This document shows positions 13,651 to 27,330 of a stretch of 63,675 nt of DNA, piece after piece. The DNA lies in NCBI GenBank assembly GCA_053919585.1, contig CM132785.1; one strand, given 5' to 3'. The stretch comes from Euprymna scolopes. Taxonomy: Eukaryota. The notes below the pieces were generated by a model. That model was not told the DNA's origin and did no database searches. It was given only the letters and a program-made list of their open reading frames with translations. The translations under genes were made by a program, and so were the position numbers. Each line of letters starts with the position of its first letter. Position 1 is the stretch's first letter.

Positions 13651-14810
13651 CGAGCTGTGAAGTATGGCGCAGAGTTAAGGAACACGTCACTATTCATGTA
13701 CCGTCGCACGAGGGCAGATTTAGACACGAAGTTGGATTTTAATGGGGAGAAAATCTGCATCAAAAGAGTACACTAGTTGGGTAAAATTTAATAATCCCAA
13801 CCCCCATTTAATTAGAGCTATAATACATTTTAATAGAGTATCATTCAAAATATTTAAAACCTATTCACTTGAGGTAAAGTAATTCAATATATTCACATAT
13901 CCCCCCCCAAAAAAAAGGTTTTATTAAATTTTATGAATCTCCCGAGATATTTAAAATATGCACACTCTTTAACAAACGATGTTAAAGCGTATTTATTTAA
14001 CAAGTAACTAGTTTATAATATGGCACAATTAATTAAAATAGGTTTAAGTTCCAAAAGCTAATATTTAAGGTTTATATATATTTGAATACATGTTAAGTGT
14101 TGGATTTCTGAGCTTTATTTTAATAGCTAAATCAAACTGTCGGAAAAACGAAACGCACATATGTATGTATGTGTGTGTGTGTGTGTGTTTCCTTTTGTCT
14201 TATTTAGATGTATCATTCGCTATTGGACATATTTTTCTTATGTGTTCATGAAAGATTTTTGCACAGAAAAAAAAAAGTTGCCTTTGTTTCCAACTGTTTT
14301 TAAATAGAGAGAACCAAAAAAATAATCGAAAAACCCGAGGAGAAATATGTTACACAAATATAACAGACCAAATACATTATATTTTAGTTCATTTTAACTT
14401 ATTCTATATTCGTCTTTCCCAGAAGCAAGATCTAAATTTCGCTGACTGGTTCCAAAAAGTCTTGCTATGACCAGTCTTCGAGGTTGATTTTTTTTTAAAC
14501 AATAACTAATAAAAAAATATTGTCAAACAATGCAGGTTTTTTTAAACGCGTCTTTACCTTTTTGAACCTGATGTAGGTCTGTCAATCTTTCCTAATACAA
14601 TTTAGAATCGCATTTAGAGCAAGTATCCGTTTATCCGCTCTCTTGAACGTTAGACAAATTCGAGTGTGAGCTTAATGGAAGCGTTTCAGTAAAACGAGCT
14701 GAATTCGAACATGGAAAACCCAGATTTTCAAGGTGTCGTTAAACACTTAGCCACTGTGATACCTGCATTTACTATTAATGCAAGAAGCAGCAAAATAATT
14801 TTATAAAATA

Positions 14811-15070
14811 CAGTGTAATTCTGATATAAAAACACTCGGGATATAAGAAACACTCGGGATATAAGAAACACTCGGGATATAAGAAACACTCGGGATATAA
14901 GAAACACTCGGGATATAAGAAACACTCGGGATATAAGAAACACTCGGGATATAAGATTTTATCTGGTCCGAAATTAGAGCCTGTGTTAATGTACAGTGTA
15001 GCCAGATAGAACCCCGGATAGAAGAGATGGATGCCCCGAAGAAGAAGTCTCTTCTATTCGGGACTTCCTG
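14811..15070. mobile_element. pogo/Tigger-like MITE with amplified subterminal repeat
   Basis: TA|CAG ... CTG|TA ends with weak TIR similarity; contains the 18-bp array. Confidence 0.45.
14830..14955 (+). repeat. Perfect tandem repeat, 7 x 18 bp (AAACACTCGGGATATAAG)
   Basis: Directly visible. Confidence 0.95.
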
Positions 15071-18000
15071 TACCTAGTTTTGATTGGCTAATAAAATCGG
15101 ATCTAACCTATCAAAAGTCGAGAATACACGGAAAATTTATTCAAAAGTTAAGCTCTGTAAACGATGACCACGCAGACAGCACAATACTTTCAAACGAACT
15201 CTTGTTTATCGTTCTCATAGTAACGCTATACGACAAACAAGCACTGCTTCACTTTTTACGAGCGGAAATCGCTAATTCTGGGGTAAAATTCGATTTTTTT
15301 TTTTTTTTTTAAGATTCTGATTAATACGGACTTTTCTCTTTACAAAAATTATTTAACTTGTTATTTTGAATCAAACTTGTTAAATCACTTTTTAAGAGAT
15401 TTTGTGTGTGTGGCACTCACACTATATTGATTCTATCTCTCGCGCAATAAAGCTCATTTCAGACTAATGTACTATCTCTTACTGCGAAATTTCAAAGCAA
15501 GATCTGTGCAGTTATCATGAGCTCATCCTCGCAAGCATTACAACCGCATTGGAATTCGTTTCATCGTATGGCATATCAACACTTTTCGTTAATGCTGAAT
15601 TCAGTCATTTCGAAAAAAAAAAGAAAAAAAAGGCAAATTATCCTTCAAAGTTGTTCATATCTTTAAATATTTATTTATGAAGTTTGGTTTGCTTGTTTTG
15701 TAAAACAAAATTGATTTTTTTTTTTTTTGTAGAACATGATCGAGTTTTGCAAAGAGGAAAAAGCAGTAACAATGTTTGTTGCATTTTACGTCAGCTACCC
15801 GGTATCTTCTGACAGCCCGATCTGGTAATACCAGTGTAATACATATTTGTACGGTATAAACATGCAATCAGTAGGAGCATAGTTTTGTTAGTCAGCATAA
15901 ATTATTTTGGGGAATTTTTTGCCATCGTTTTATAATGTTTCACTGTTTCGATCAACACACACAGAATAGACGCATCTTGTAGATTCGTTAGGACATAACC
16001 GATAAACAAATTCGCGTAATGTTTGAATTTCAAATCTAAATTACTAAACGCGGAGATTGACAGGACGTACATCGAGAATATCTGTTCCTTTTCTCTTTGT
16101 AAACAACGAAAATAAAACTCGAGAGACAACAAATCTTTTTTAAAGCAAAGCTTGGTGAACGTAAATAAAATATCGATGGGCGATCAAGTGATTAGCGCAC
16201 ACAAACTATTGAATAGCCATCGATTGGGCAATAAATATAAAAGACGATGCACAAAAGAATAGGCGAGAAAACAAAATCGTTAGAGTACACTAGAATGAGA
16301 GAGAACAATGTTAAAATGATAGATTGTCACAGAAAAGCCAATATCTGTTTGAGGGTCGATAAAAGAAGGAACTAGAAAAACAGATTGAAGACGATCCTTT
16401 CGAAGTTGAATTAAATATTCAGGTCATATTTAAGAGTTTGCTAGATTCGTTCTACGGCATATCAACAGTTTTCAGTTTTTAAGCAGTAATTTTGGAAACA
16501 CATTACTGTTTTAAGTATTTATATATCCACATTATACGTTATTACATTTAAATTTCTACAGCTAAGTACAATTTGGAAAGCAGGGAGGGAATTGCACCAT
16601 ATTTTTAATAGAATACATCTAAAATCTTATTTTTTATAAAGACACAAAATAAATTTCTCCCCACTCTGCCAAACCCACATAAACCTAGTTTAATAATACG
16701 TAAACAGAACAGTTTTCTGAAGATAGTATAAAATTAATGGAAGTTGTTCGACTGAGCTCCACTTTCCTTGTTCTTCATGCAAGACATTCGCAACGAAAAT
16801 ATATCTATCAAAAATGAAAATTACTTTTTGGTTTCCGTGTTCCTAGCAAAAAACGAAATTTCTACGATTAGACTTTCTGCCCAATAACTGGCCAGCATTT
16901 GTATATATTACCACGGGATTGCTTCTCTATAGATTACAACAGTATTATTAAAATATATATAAGTGCTCGTTACAAATTGCTCCCATAGTAATCACACTTT
17001 ATTCCAGTCATCATTTTAAATATTTCTATATCTCGCATAATTCAATTACAATCCATCCGTTTTGTTATCCCTTACCCGCGAATTGCTATCGACCTGTGTG
17101 TGCGGTCACCGATGAGTAAAATACACTTCTAAATTTGTCTGCTAATTCACAAAGATGAACATATCCAAAAAGCTCAGCTAAGGATTTTTTCCCTCGACAC
17201 CAAAGCGAACAGTCTATACCATTTCTGAAATGGCACTTTCCCGATTATCTGCAATTTGTTGCTGTTACTGCGTATTTCTTGGAGGTTCATTCTTCTAAGT
17301 TTTGACTTTTCTCTTAGGGGTCCGTCTATTGCTAATCGAAGGCGGTGCTCCCTACCAAAAAATGCAGACAGCTTTTCAGGCATTTTTGAAAGTCAGAGTT
17401 CTGTTCCTCTAGGTTATTATCTTTTCAAATCTCACTTTCTTACCATTGTGTCATATTATTCCGTCATGGAAGGTTAATAACATCAAACGTAGTTGCTAAT
17501 TTAAACGATATTTTGTAGTACCAGCCCAAAAGTAGTTAGCCGCCCTCCCAGGAGGTTTGTTCTCTCATGAGTTTTGTCCTCCATTTATCATAACCCCTAT
17601 TTCATAAAAGGATGGCCAAGAGGGGAGTTCTCGTTTTAACATCTAAAAGAGTTGTTGCTGCGTCCTGTGAACTCCTCACTGTAAACCTACACTTTTGTCA
17701 GATTTCCCTTAGCACAGCAGGCGAGTAAACATTTTTGACACCTAGTGCTAATCATAAAATTAGGCACACCCGATAGATTTCATTTTAATATCGCCCTTCT
17801 CCAATGGCATAGATTGTTTCGTATATATTTCCGGTTGGCGCCAGTAGACTGTGATTAAGCAGAGATAAGCGCTAACCCTTCTAAAGTAATTTTCAAGGCT
17901 GGCTAGTCCTCCAAGCAGAAAAAGAACAATTCTACCTTAATTTTAATATTTTGTTTCAATTATTAAATTTACATCCATGCAGACTGAAAGTTCTTAAAAA

Positions 18001-18204
18001 GTACATTCGATTATTATGTAGAATCGAAAGCGAATACGTGCTTGTATACCTACGTTAATGTTTTCACTGTCCGTCTTCCTACCCCCTGCTTGTTGCTATC
18101 TTTCATTTATTCTCTTATGCCTGTTCAAGAAATTCAAAAAGTGTTTTATCTATGTGGTCATACAAAACGGCCAGGTGTTGGCATAGAAGTCTTTCTGTAA
18201 AACG

Positions 18205-18270
18205 CACTGGGTTCGAATTTGACACGCCAAGGTTTTCAGTCCGTGTCACTAACCACTTAGCCACCGTATT
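18205..18270 (-). repeat. tRNA-derived SINE head (relative at ~14699-14760)
   Basis: Reverse complement GGTGGCTAAGTGGTTAG...GACTGAAAACC...TTCGAACCC: A box, anticodon-like loop and partial B box. Confidence 0.55.
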
Positions 18271-18570
18271 AGTGAATATGACGTTTGCTAGGAATACGAT
18301 CTCACCGACGATCATTGCGTTAACAAAATCTATGCGTCAGTCGTACCAGTTTCATCGACCGTGACAATCGCATTCACATACGTGTAGATTCCACCGAAAA
18401 ATATGCTTTTTATTGATAATATTTTCCAACTAGATGATCTGTTGTAATTCGACATTCAATTTTGTAACACGTATTTGCATCTTTTGCGTAGTTTCAAAAT
18501 ACCATTTTTACTTTTTCCTAAATTTTAATTCTTAAAAAGATGGTTTCAAGCCGTTTTCTTTTAGTTATAA

Positions 18571-18670
18571 CTAGCGAGGGGTACCCGGCGTTGCCCAGGT
18601 GTTTGGAGGTATGGTTTTGAAAAAAGCCTTTTGTAGACATACAGAAAAAGCGAACACACATACACTTTCG

Positions 18671-18680
<10 letters not shown>
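18571..18680 (-). mobile_element. Mini-Helitron (~105 bp)
   Basis: Reverse complement: (TA)nTAAAGCGAAAGTGTATGTGTG...CCTGGGCAACGCCGGGTACCCCTCGCTAG|T. Confidence 0.7.
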
Positions 18681-18718
<38 letters not shown>

Positions 18719-18965
18719 CTTGATAGACACGTAAGTGACCTTGTCCGAGGCCGAGGAACAGTTTCTACCGCAATCCTTGCTTAGTTATCTGTTTGCTATT
18801 CAAAGACACGCATACAAGAATATATTTTTAAAATGTTTTTTTTTTTGAAATCTCGTTAATTTCAATGAATACCGTTTTTCTTTTAACAGGTTTAGATTAT
18901 GTTAAAAACCTAATCACCGTTAATTTCGGATTAAGCTCAATGTGTCTATTTAATAGGTGCAGAGC

Positions 18966-19253
18966 ATATATAGTGCAAAACTTTGAAATTCAAAGACTTT
19001 TGCTTTTTTATAACTTATTTCCCCCTGGATTTTTTTTCATTACAGCCGTTTTGTTAGTGGGAATGCAATTTTACGATTTATGTCCTATATCCTATCGTCA
19101 CAAACTTGTCAGATGATTATGGACACATAAATCGTAAAATTGCCTTCACACTAACGAAACAGCTGTAATGAAAATAATCCAGGAGAAAATATACAAAAGT
19201 TATAAAAAAGAAAAAGTAAGTCTTTGAATTTCAACAAAGTTTTGCCATATATA
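18966..19253. repeat. Long foldback (~120-bp arms)
   Basis: GCAATTTTACGATTTATGT / ACATAAATCGTAAAATTGC and CATTACAGC / GCTGTAATG, among other matches. Confidence 0.85.
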
Positions 19254-20020
19254 TATATATATATATTAGTTAGCTTGCCTTAAATATATTATGAATTTTA
19301 AAGTCTAAACAAAAGACGGGTTTGGGATGTTTCTGATATTACTAAAATAGAAAAACATTTAATAAACAATCCAAATATCCCACGCACAAAATAGTTTTTT
19401 CCGGTGAACAAATTTATAAAATTCAGCCTGTGTTAATAATTATTATCGTACACACAACTGATTCAATACTTTATTGAACAATAGAGCGAATATGAAACCC
19501 AACCTTAAATATTTCTTATAAAAAAAATAAAAAAATGTTCGCCATTTGTATTAGTGTTCCAGGTGCGAACTTAACGCCTTCTATTTAATAACCAAGGGAT
19601 TATTATTTCCGAAGAATGGAGAAGGAATGTTATTGTTAAAATGTAGAGAGTAAACGATTCAGAGGAAAAAGAAAAAATAGCAAACCAGTCAATCGAATGG
19701 ACAAGGAAACGAGGCTATCTTGATCTCGAATGGTATTGTAGAGTTAAAATGTAGACGAAGCAGAGAAAGGAAAGAAGGGTGGATAAACGAAGAGGAGGAT
19801 CGTTAGCTTTTAAATATGTTCTCTTCCTTCTGGGCCAATAGGAAGGTCACACACAAGTGTACAGGAGGTGGGTGTGATGAGGATTTTTAGCTTTGTGTAT
19901 AAAGCAACACATAGAAAATATAACAAGGTCAAGTTAAGCATTATGAAAGAATGAATTTGGCAAGATAAATTTATGCATATATATTCAAGAGTGTGATTTC
20001 ATATAATGTAACATTGATTT

Positions 20021-20420
20021 AATTTGAATAAAATAAGATACGCATCAAGTGCGCTTGAAAGCCAAATCACAACGTAATATTAGGAAAAACAAATATTTTA
20101 CTTGTTTGAAATTTATGATAAATATATTTCAGAGATATACTCCATCGTCAAGGTTTTTTTTTTCTTCTTTCTTGCCATGTTGTAAAGTTGGAGAAAGAAA
20201 GTCTATAAAGATCCTCGCCTTGTTTTCAACGGTTGGATTTTGAAATGTTTGGACTTTTCTTTCCAACATGGCAAGAAAAAAAACACTGAAGATGGAGTAT
20301 ATCTCTGAAATATATTTGTTAGAAATTTCAAACAAGTAAAATATTTGTTTATTTTCCTAATATTACGTTGTGATCTGGCTTTCAAGCTCACTTGACGCTT
20401 ATATATATTTTAAATAAATT
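20021..20420. repeat. Long foldback (~175-bp arms)
   Basis: The mirror ORFs 20049(+) and 20391(-) give near-identical peptides. Confidence 0.9.
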
Positions 20421-23289
20421 AAATATTTAAGGTTTCGTTTAATATTCGCTCTACTATTCAACATACATACAGACATACAGAGTCAAGGTTAGCTAGAAAA
20501 TAAACAACTTTATGCTTATATAATCTCGACAGTTCGTGCATTGTGCATAGCCATTAGTTTTAGTTATTGGTTCAGGTGTCCAAGCTATTTCATCTAGCTT
20601 ATCAAGAGTCCAGAATATCTTTGAGATACTGGCTTAATATGTATTCCCTTAGTTTCTATAATAAAGTTTGTGTTTCTAAGACATTTTACTTGCCAGATAT
20701 ACTTTTTATTTTTTTAAATTTTCATTTGTGGGGCAGTTGTGTATTGGATAAAATTCTTGGTAAAAACCAATTACAAGTTACACTCTTCTGGATGTTTAAG
20801 TTTCAATCCTCAGTTCTGACGATACTCAGGATACAGAATTGCGAATTACTCGAGACTTACCCAGTCATGGCTGATGAAACTGATACACGCTACTTCTTTA
20901 CTGTTCAGAATTCCATGCGGATTCCCGAGTTCGACAAAATGCACATGAACATCGGAGTTTACATCAACGGAAACGCTGTGGGACTAACACTAAATGAACA
21001 GAATGATCAATATACAATGAGTTTATGTTGATTAGAATTCTGTTTACTCACTAGGTTTCACAAAGGTCAAATTTTTAAGATGAGCGAAGATAAAAATTTA
21101 AGACAAAATAATTATTCTTTATTGAAAATTAAAAAGACAAGAAAGAAAGAGTTCGGAGAATACGAAAGTTGACCTCCCAAATTTAAGTATTGCTTTTAAT
21201 TTATTTAAACAAAATAGAAATACGTCTTATGGACCCGATACCGGACGAATATTTTTACTTGTAAACAATTGAAAACAAATATTATAGAAAATAGAAATAC
21301 ACAACCCAGTAACTAAACATTAAAGGTGACCGACACCTCTATAAGCAGAAATATAATCGATAACTTTCACCAGTTGTTGTGTGTTAAAGAGAAGAGCAGA
21401 TTGTCTGCGACATTGAAAGCATTCAATGGGACGTAAAATCTTAAGGCAACAGCTAATCTCGAGTCTGGTCCAGACCAAACTAAGGACAAAAGACCAGCGG
21501 CAGAGATTAGATTAAGAAGGCGGTATAATCCTTTCTATTTTCAATTAAGAGTGTTTGAACGCAATAAACATTTTGCAATCTACAAAGAAATTGCTTTGCC
21601 CTCTGGATTTCTTTTCTGATAAAATAAAGCTTTTTTTTTATTGGACAGAGAAAAATATTTAGATAAGATGCGAAAAAAAAAAAATAGGGCTGTCCATTGT
21701 TTGGTGAAAAACAGAATCACGAGAATGGATAGGAAGACAAGTCACAAAGGGAGACAAAGACGAAAAGGAGAATGATAAGGCATACCCGTGCGAACTGAGC
21801 AGTAAAATTTGATGTTCGAACCCAGAGAGAAGAACGGCCAAGGTTTTATAAAAGCCAAATGCAGAAAGAAAAAGACAAACGCAAGAAAAATAGAAATAAG
21901 AGAAAGCGGAAATATCTATTATCCCCCTAATAATTTATTAACATTTTTTTTTTTATCTAAATAGAATTTCTCGTTGTTGGAAAATACTTAAGAGATTTAA
22001 ATTTGTTCTTTTATTTTTTAGCTATCGATGATGACATTTTAAATGACAACAAAGATTCTCTACTAAGGTCGGATATCGTAATTTCAAAATAAAATTGTAA
22101 TCTGGGGCAAATGAACTTTTACGATTTCACTTTAGTCATCTTTATTCGTGATATTTCTCAACTACTTTCTGACACCGAGGTAAAGAATTCAGAATACAAA
22201 AAAAAGCTATGTAAAAGGAAAGGCTATTAGAAACCTTTTCCTTTCATGGGTGGAATTCAATATTTAATATGAAAACACCTTTTATTTATTTTCCCATTAT
22301 ATATACTTGGATCGGAATGGTATTACAAGTATAATTAAATCCCTGTTTCCTACAGAATGCGGAGAACTTAAATCTTTCAGACAGATCCATAAAACAATAA
22401 AATCAAAGCCATTTCACAAAAGAAAAAAAAACTTTTTACTCTTTAACACTGATATAGGTACAAAAAACTAAACGAAATCAATTTAATAATAATGATCGAC
22501 TATTTATAGCAAATAACCAGAGAAAATGTTCATTTATCTTGTACATATTACATACACAAAGATTAAAATACAAGATTACGAGTTCGCCCCCACCCCTCAT
22601 TTTCTCAATTGTCTTGAACTTGAAAGAGTTCAATTTGAGAGTTATTGAATATTTGATCTCCAACAAGTTAACGCTTATTCCATTTTTATATATATATATA
22701 TATATATCCTCAACATTCTAATAAAGAGCAATATATATATTAGAAATATATATATTAGCAGGCGTTTCTGAGTCATAAATTATGCTTTAATAATTCATGT
22801 ACATTTCGTATTTATTATAAGAGAATCAATATTTCCTGAGTTACAAAAACAAAGACTCGAGTGTCATCAGCTAGAAACGAAACCAAAATAATTGGCCGTT
22901 ACCGTTTGAGCCATCGTCAGAAGGGTAAGAAACGTTACAATTTAAACAATTAACTTATAAATGTAAATTTGCGTATGCGTACAGGTCCACCTATGTCATT
23001 TCTTTTCAACTGGTCAATAAAAAATGGCTGCTAAGGTGTCAAAGATGAAATTGAATTTGTCTCACAAGTCCAAATTTCCGATATGTCAAGTTTCAAATCT
23101 GCAGACAAAAAATTGAGGAGGTTAATAGCGACCGCTACTCAGACAAACATGGTCGTACATGTGCGTATATTTTGGCATCATTCTCTGAATTAAGCAAACA
23201 TTTCTTAAATAGCAGGATTATGTTTAATTATTTCATTAAGTTTTCCAGTTTTTCTTTTCTTTTATCTAAAAATAATTAATCTATGTTGC

Positions 23290-23328
<39 letters not shown>

Positions 23329-23647
23329 GAATATTTTTGCGTTTTCTCAATCATCAAGGGAAGAAAAATGAAGAAAAATGATGAAGAAAGGATGTTGGAC
23401 CCACAATCTCCGGGGATGACGTTACTTCTCATGAATGATGACAGCAATTTAAACAATCTGTAACAAGTAAAATTTGATGTTCGAACCCATTTCAAGCATT
23501 TCGGGGTATAAAAAAAGAAAGATAAATAACAAGTCAAACATTCATTATCTTCAATCTACTTCCACAATGAGAAGTTTTATCTTCCTACTTTCTTTGCATA
23601 ATTATACTTTTTGTAATTTCATTCTTTTAAAATTTGGAGAATTTCTC

Positions 23648-23825
23648 AGTACTAGTGCAATTATTGATCCGTTCTGAAATAACGGTTTTATTTAGAAAGC
23701 CATTCTTAACATGAGGAGAGAAGGGTGTTTTGTACCTATTCTGTACTTGAGCCTTACAATTTTATAAAAACAGGCCATAAAAACTTATTTAAAAAAAAGT
23801 GCGGATCAAGAAGTGCAATAGCACC
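23648..23825. mobile_element. Merlin-like MITE, 8-bp TSD AATTTCTC
   Basis: TIRs AGTACTAGTGCAATTATTGATCCG / CGGATCAAGAAGTGCAATAGCACC; perfect TSD. Confidence 0.8.
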
Positions 23826-24799
23826 AATTTCTCTTATCTAACTTTTCCGCTATTTTTCCCGGAGATGGGCACTCCTATTTCTGTAGCTCTGTTATAAACA
23901 TATTGAGCACAGTATTCGCTGTTTTTCTTTTATATTCTTTTAAATAAACAATTTTGATATAAAAAAGGAGCAGTACTAAACTAAGAACGTTTTGTTAGTT
24001 GTGCTCAAATAAGTCCCAGTTGAAATTATAACTTCAGATTTGATTTCTCCCGATCTCACATCTTAATTGATGTTTACATTTCAAACATTCATGGAAAAAG
24101 CTTAATAAAGGAAACAAAATTACAAAGTCGGAAATATCGATCTTCTGGATACGGTCTTGCAAGAATTCCTTCATTTGAGGAATTCGAAAATTCAAAAACC
24201 AGTTTCCCCAAGAAGAAATAGTTGAACTAGAATTAAACTAACGAGAAGGAAACCATACGGTGCGTCCATTCAATCTACGCGTTCAGTGATGAACAATGCC
24301 AATTAATACTACAGTTGGATGGACAGACAAAAACCTCTTATGGTAATACGTGAGCGTATTTAAGAATGCTATTTCACGTTTAAACAAGAGAGCGTAATAG
24401 ACGGACAGAATATCATCTTTATGTATAAAACAGTAGATGCATGTAGGTGTATTGGAAAATATGTACCCGCTAAACTCTTAAAGTACTGATCGCATAACAC
24501 TGAAATTATCAGGAAAAAGTAGTCATACGATGAATGGTTCATAAAGAGTAAAATCTTTGTTTGGATGGATGAATAACGCCTTCAGAAATATCAGCAAGTT
24601 GAAATGCAAAATGCTCATTTCAACTTGTCGATATATTTTTTATGATTTTAGTGTATGTGCAAATTCATTCATAGCTTGTATTAGTCTAATTTTAAATCTT
24701 TTTTATCTATCTCTCGATAGCCCAAACAAAAGAGACTGTGACTGGAGCGCTAAATGTTTTGGTTTCGATTCTAGCTAATGGCATAAGTCATTATTTTAC

Positions 24800-24970
24800 T
24801 TTTTTTTTTTTTTTTTTTTTACAGTGATCACCACTTATCAAGGCCCGGAAGCCACTCAGGGATAAGGGTTATTGCAAGTACATTACGTTAGTGTGGAGAT
24901 TTGATGAAGTGTTTAATTAAGGGGGCGGTTCATTAGGAATTTGTTAACATTGGACTTGAAGACATCCAAC
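24800..24970 (-). mobile_element. Diverged 3'-end copy of the same LINE family
   Basis: T-run followed by ATCACCACTTATCAAGGCCCGGAAGCCACTCAGGGATAAGGGTTA. Confidence 0.75.
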
Positions 24971-26349
24971 TTTTGAAATCAGTACTATATATTAGGAATT
25001 GGATGAATATGTTAAAATCCGAAATTTTTACGTTAATTGTACGTACGTTGAAATCAAGTACAGAGTGTAATTTTTAATTAAAATTATACTTAGATCTATA
25101 TCAAAATAGGAATTCGCTAGTAAGACGTGACAAAGAAGCAGCTAAAATCTTTATATTTTGCTGAATTAGTACAGGAAGAAACCAAACCTTTGAGTAGTCG
25201 CTGTCTCTACTAAGGGGATATATTGAGGGTATATATTGCAAAGGAAAAAAAAACCCAAAAAAAAAAACAATAACCCAAGTATTGCTTCACAAGAAATTTT
25301 TACTTATACTTTATTCTTGACCAAAAAAGCCATATTGCCACCAAAGTTCAAAGAGCTGAAAACGATCAACTAGATTGAAGAGTTGACAAAAAGCTGCTAG
25401 TATTTTATTAATAACGAGGTCTATCATTAAACAGAAAACCCCTATAACGAGAGAAACTAAGGGGAAAGTAATTGCTACGACGGGTTATCAAAATAACAAA
25501 ACTCAAACTGTCAACGTGAACCGCAGACTTATTGATCACCAAGAATCGAAGGATCAAACCCCATCATGCTGCACTTATAGATGCGTCCAGCCATTTCTAT
25601 AATGAAATGCATGCATATAATTTGTGTAGTAATGATTGAATAAGGTTTTTAACTCGAGCTTGACAGACCGACGGACGAGACTTGATAGATGAAAGAAATA
25701 TATATATATAAGCTATTGTCTCATGAGTAGACAATTCCTAATTAATCAATTTATAAAAACTTCTCAATTTATCTCTGAATGCCATTTTAACACAAGCTGT
25801 TAACAAAAATATGTGAAAGGAATTTTGTCAGATAATATTGCGAAACATTCTTTTGGTAAAAAAAAAAAAATTTACAGAAATTAAAATGTTAAGGGAAGTG
25901 TAGAATAGCAAAGACTGCAACTCCCACAATGTTCCTGGTGGAAACAATTATCATCATCATCATTATTATAGTAATAATGGAGTCAGTCGAACAATTGGAA
26001 TAATTAGAACGCAAAAGAATCCGAGTCTTTGGAATGCTGCAAGATTTGTGCATTTGCGAATAGTGAATACGACACTAATCAAAAGGTTGTTGGGTCAACC
26101 TTTGTTAGAACGAACAGAATAAGAAAAAAAGGGTGTTCATAACACATTCACTCAATTTGCAAGTTTAGCACTGAAGGAAAAAAAAGTTAATTCAAACTTA
26201 GCATGATATTACAATGGGGCATCGGAAAATGTGATTTCTAACTTATGCATGACATAATGGCATTGCTATTCCAAATTGAAACATGACATGCAAAACTAGA
26301 CAATGTACTGGAAGATGCTTCAGTAATTGTTGAAGAGAATAATAGATTG

Positions 26350-26690
26350 CTATTCTTTATTTGCGGACTGTTCCTCATCTTCATAGTGTTAGTTGTTTCA
26401 CCACGTTACGGTCAACTATTCCTCTGGCCTTCTTCAGGTGGTTAACCGCAATGGGATAGGAATGCCGAGTCTTAACTGTATCCTCAGTAATTACTTCTTT
26501 CCATAGTATTTGTCTCACTAGGTTTTGGCAAACTAATCCTCTGGCCTACTTTGGATAGGATTAAAACCGTTATCTTCAGACAATGCTTACCTTGAACGGT
26601 AGAGATTCAACGTCTACCCACTTCGCCACAGGCACGGAACAACAATTATGAAGATGAGGATAACAGTCCGCAAATAAATATAAGAATTAC
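26350..26690. mobile_element. Inverted-repeat element with Penelope-type minimal hammerhead remnant (minus, 26397-26440)
   Basis: Arms TTTATTTGCGGACTGTTCCTCATCTTCATA / TATGAAGATGAGGATAACAGTCCGCAAATAAA; minus strand CAC CTGAAGA A GGCCA..TGACC GTAA CGTG GTG. Confidence 0.6.
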
Positions 26691-27024
26691 TCATCTCAAA
26701 GGATTCCAATAAAAATATATTTCTATAGTTTTATAATCTGAGAACAAAACAGTTAATAGTTCCATTGAGAAACAGGATTTTAACGGTTTTGTACGCAAAT
26801 GCAAAAAGCGTCCTAACACGTGGTTTGCCATTTCAATCATCTTGAGATTATTTAATGAAAAACAAGTTATTATAAATAAGTAGCACACAGATAACTTTAG
26901 CCATCAACAGGTTTTATTTTTATCTCGGCACCAAATTCAATAGTCTATAACATGCACGATTGAAAACGGATGTACACAAGTACAAGAATATCGCAGAATT
27001 CTTAGAAAATTACCTCCAGACCAC

Positions 27025-27330
27025 AGTTGATTGGACTGTAAATGGGTTGTAATATTTAATGTTAGTAAGACTAAGCTGCTCAACTTAAACAATTACAAGA
27101 TCCTAATAATTGTTAAGCCTGCTTAGCAACAAAAACCACACTCCTCCACTGTTCAGGCTACTTAATGTAAGAAAACCTTCTACTCTAATACTTTCTTCCT
27201 TCGAACAGTTAGACTTTGGAATTCCTTTCCTACAGCCCGCTTCCCTGACTGACTTGATATGCAGAAGTTTAAATGTTAAATTGCTGTGCAAACCTCACTT
27301 TCTAACTCTTGTGGCACATCGTCGTGCTAA
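27025..27330 (+). mobile_element. Decayed, internally deleted LINE ORF2
   Basis: Encodes FNVSKTKLL and FYSNTFFLRTVRLWNSFP...QKFK with stops. Confidence 0.65.

Noticed and set aside
14728-14943. ORF with (FLISRV)n, or a CRISPR-like array
   Set aside because: It is the translation of an 18-bp tandem repeat; there are no unique spacers and the context is eukaryotic.
20567-21031. 154-aa ORF (similarly 31749-32219 and 35458-35946)
   Set aside because: No recognisable domain and AT-rich composition; the first two also overlap repeat fragments.
22860-22885. CTGATGA near GTTTCG on the minus strand (also ~62335)
   Set aside because: Wrong order and orientation for a hammerhead; it is an internal Helitron-family motif.
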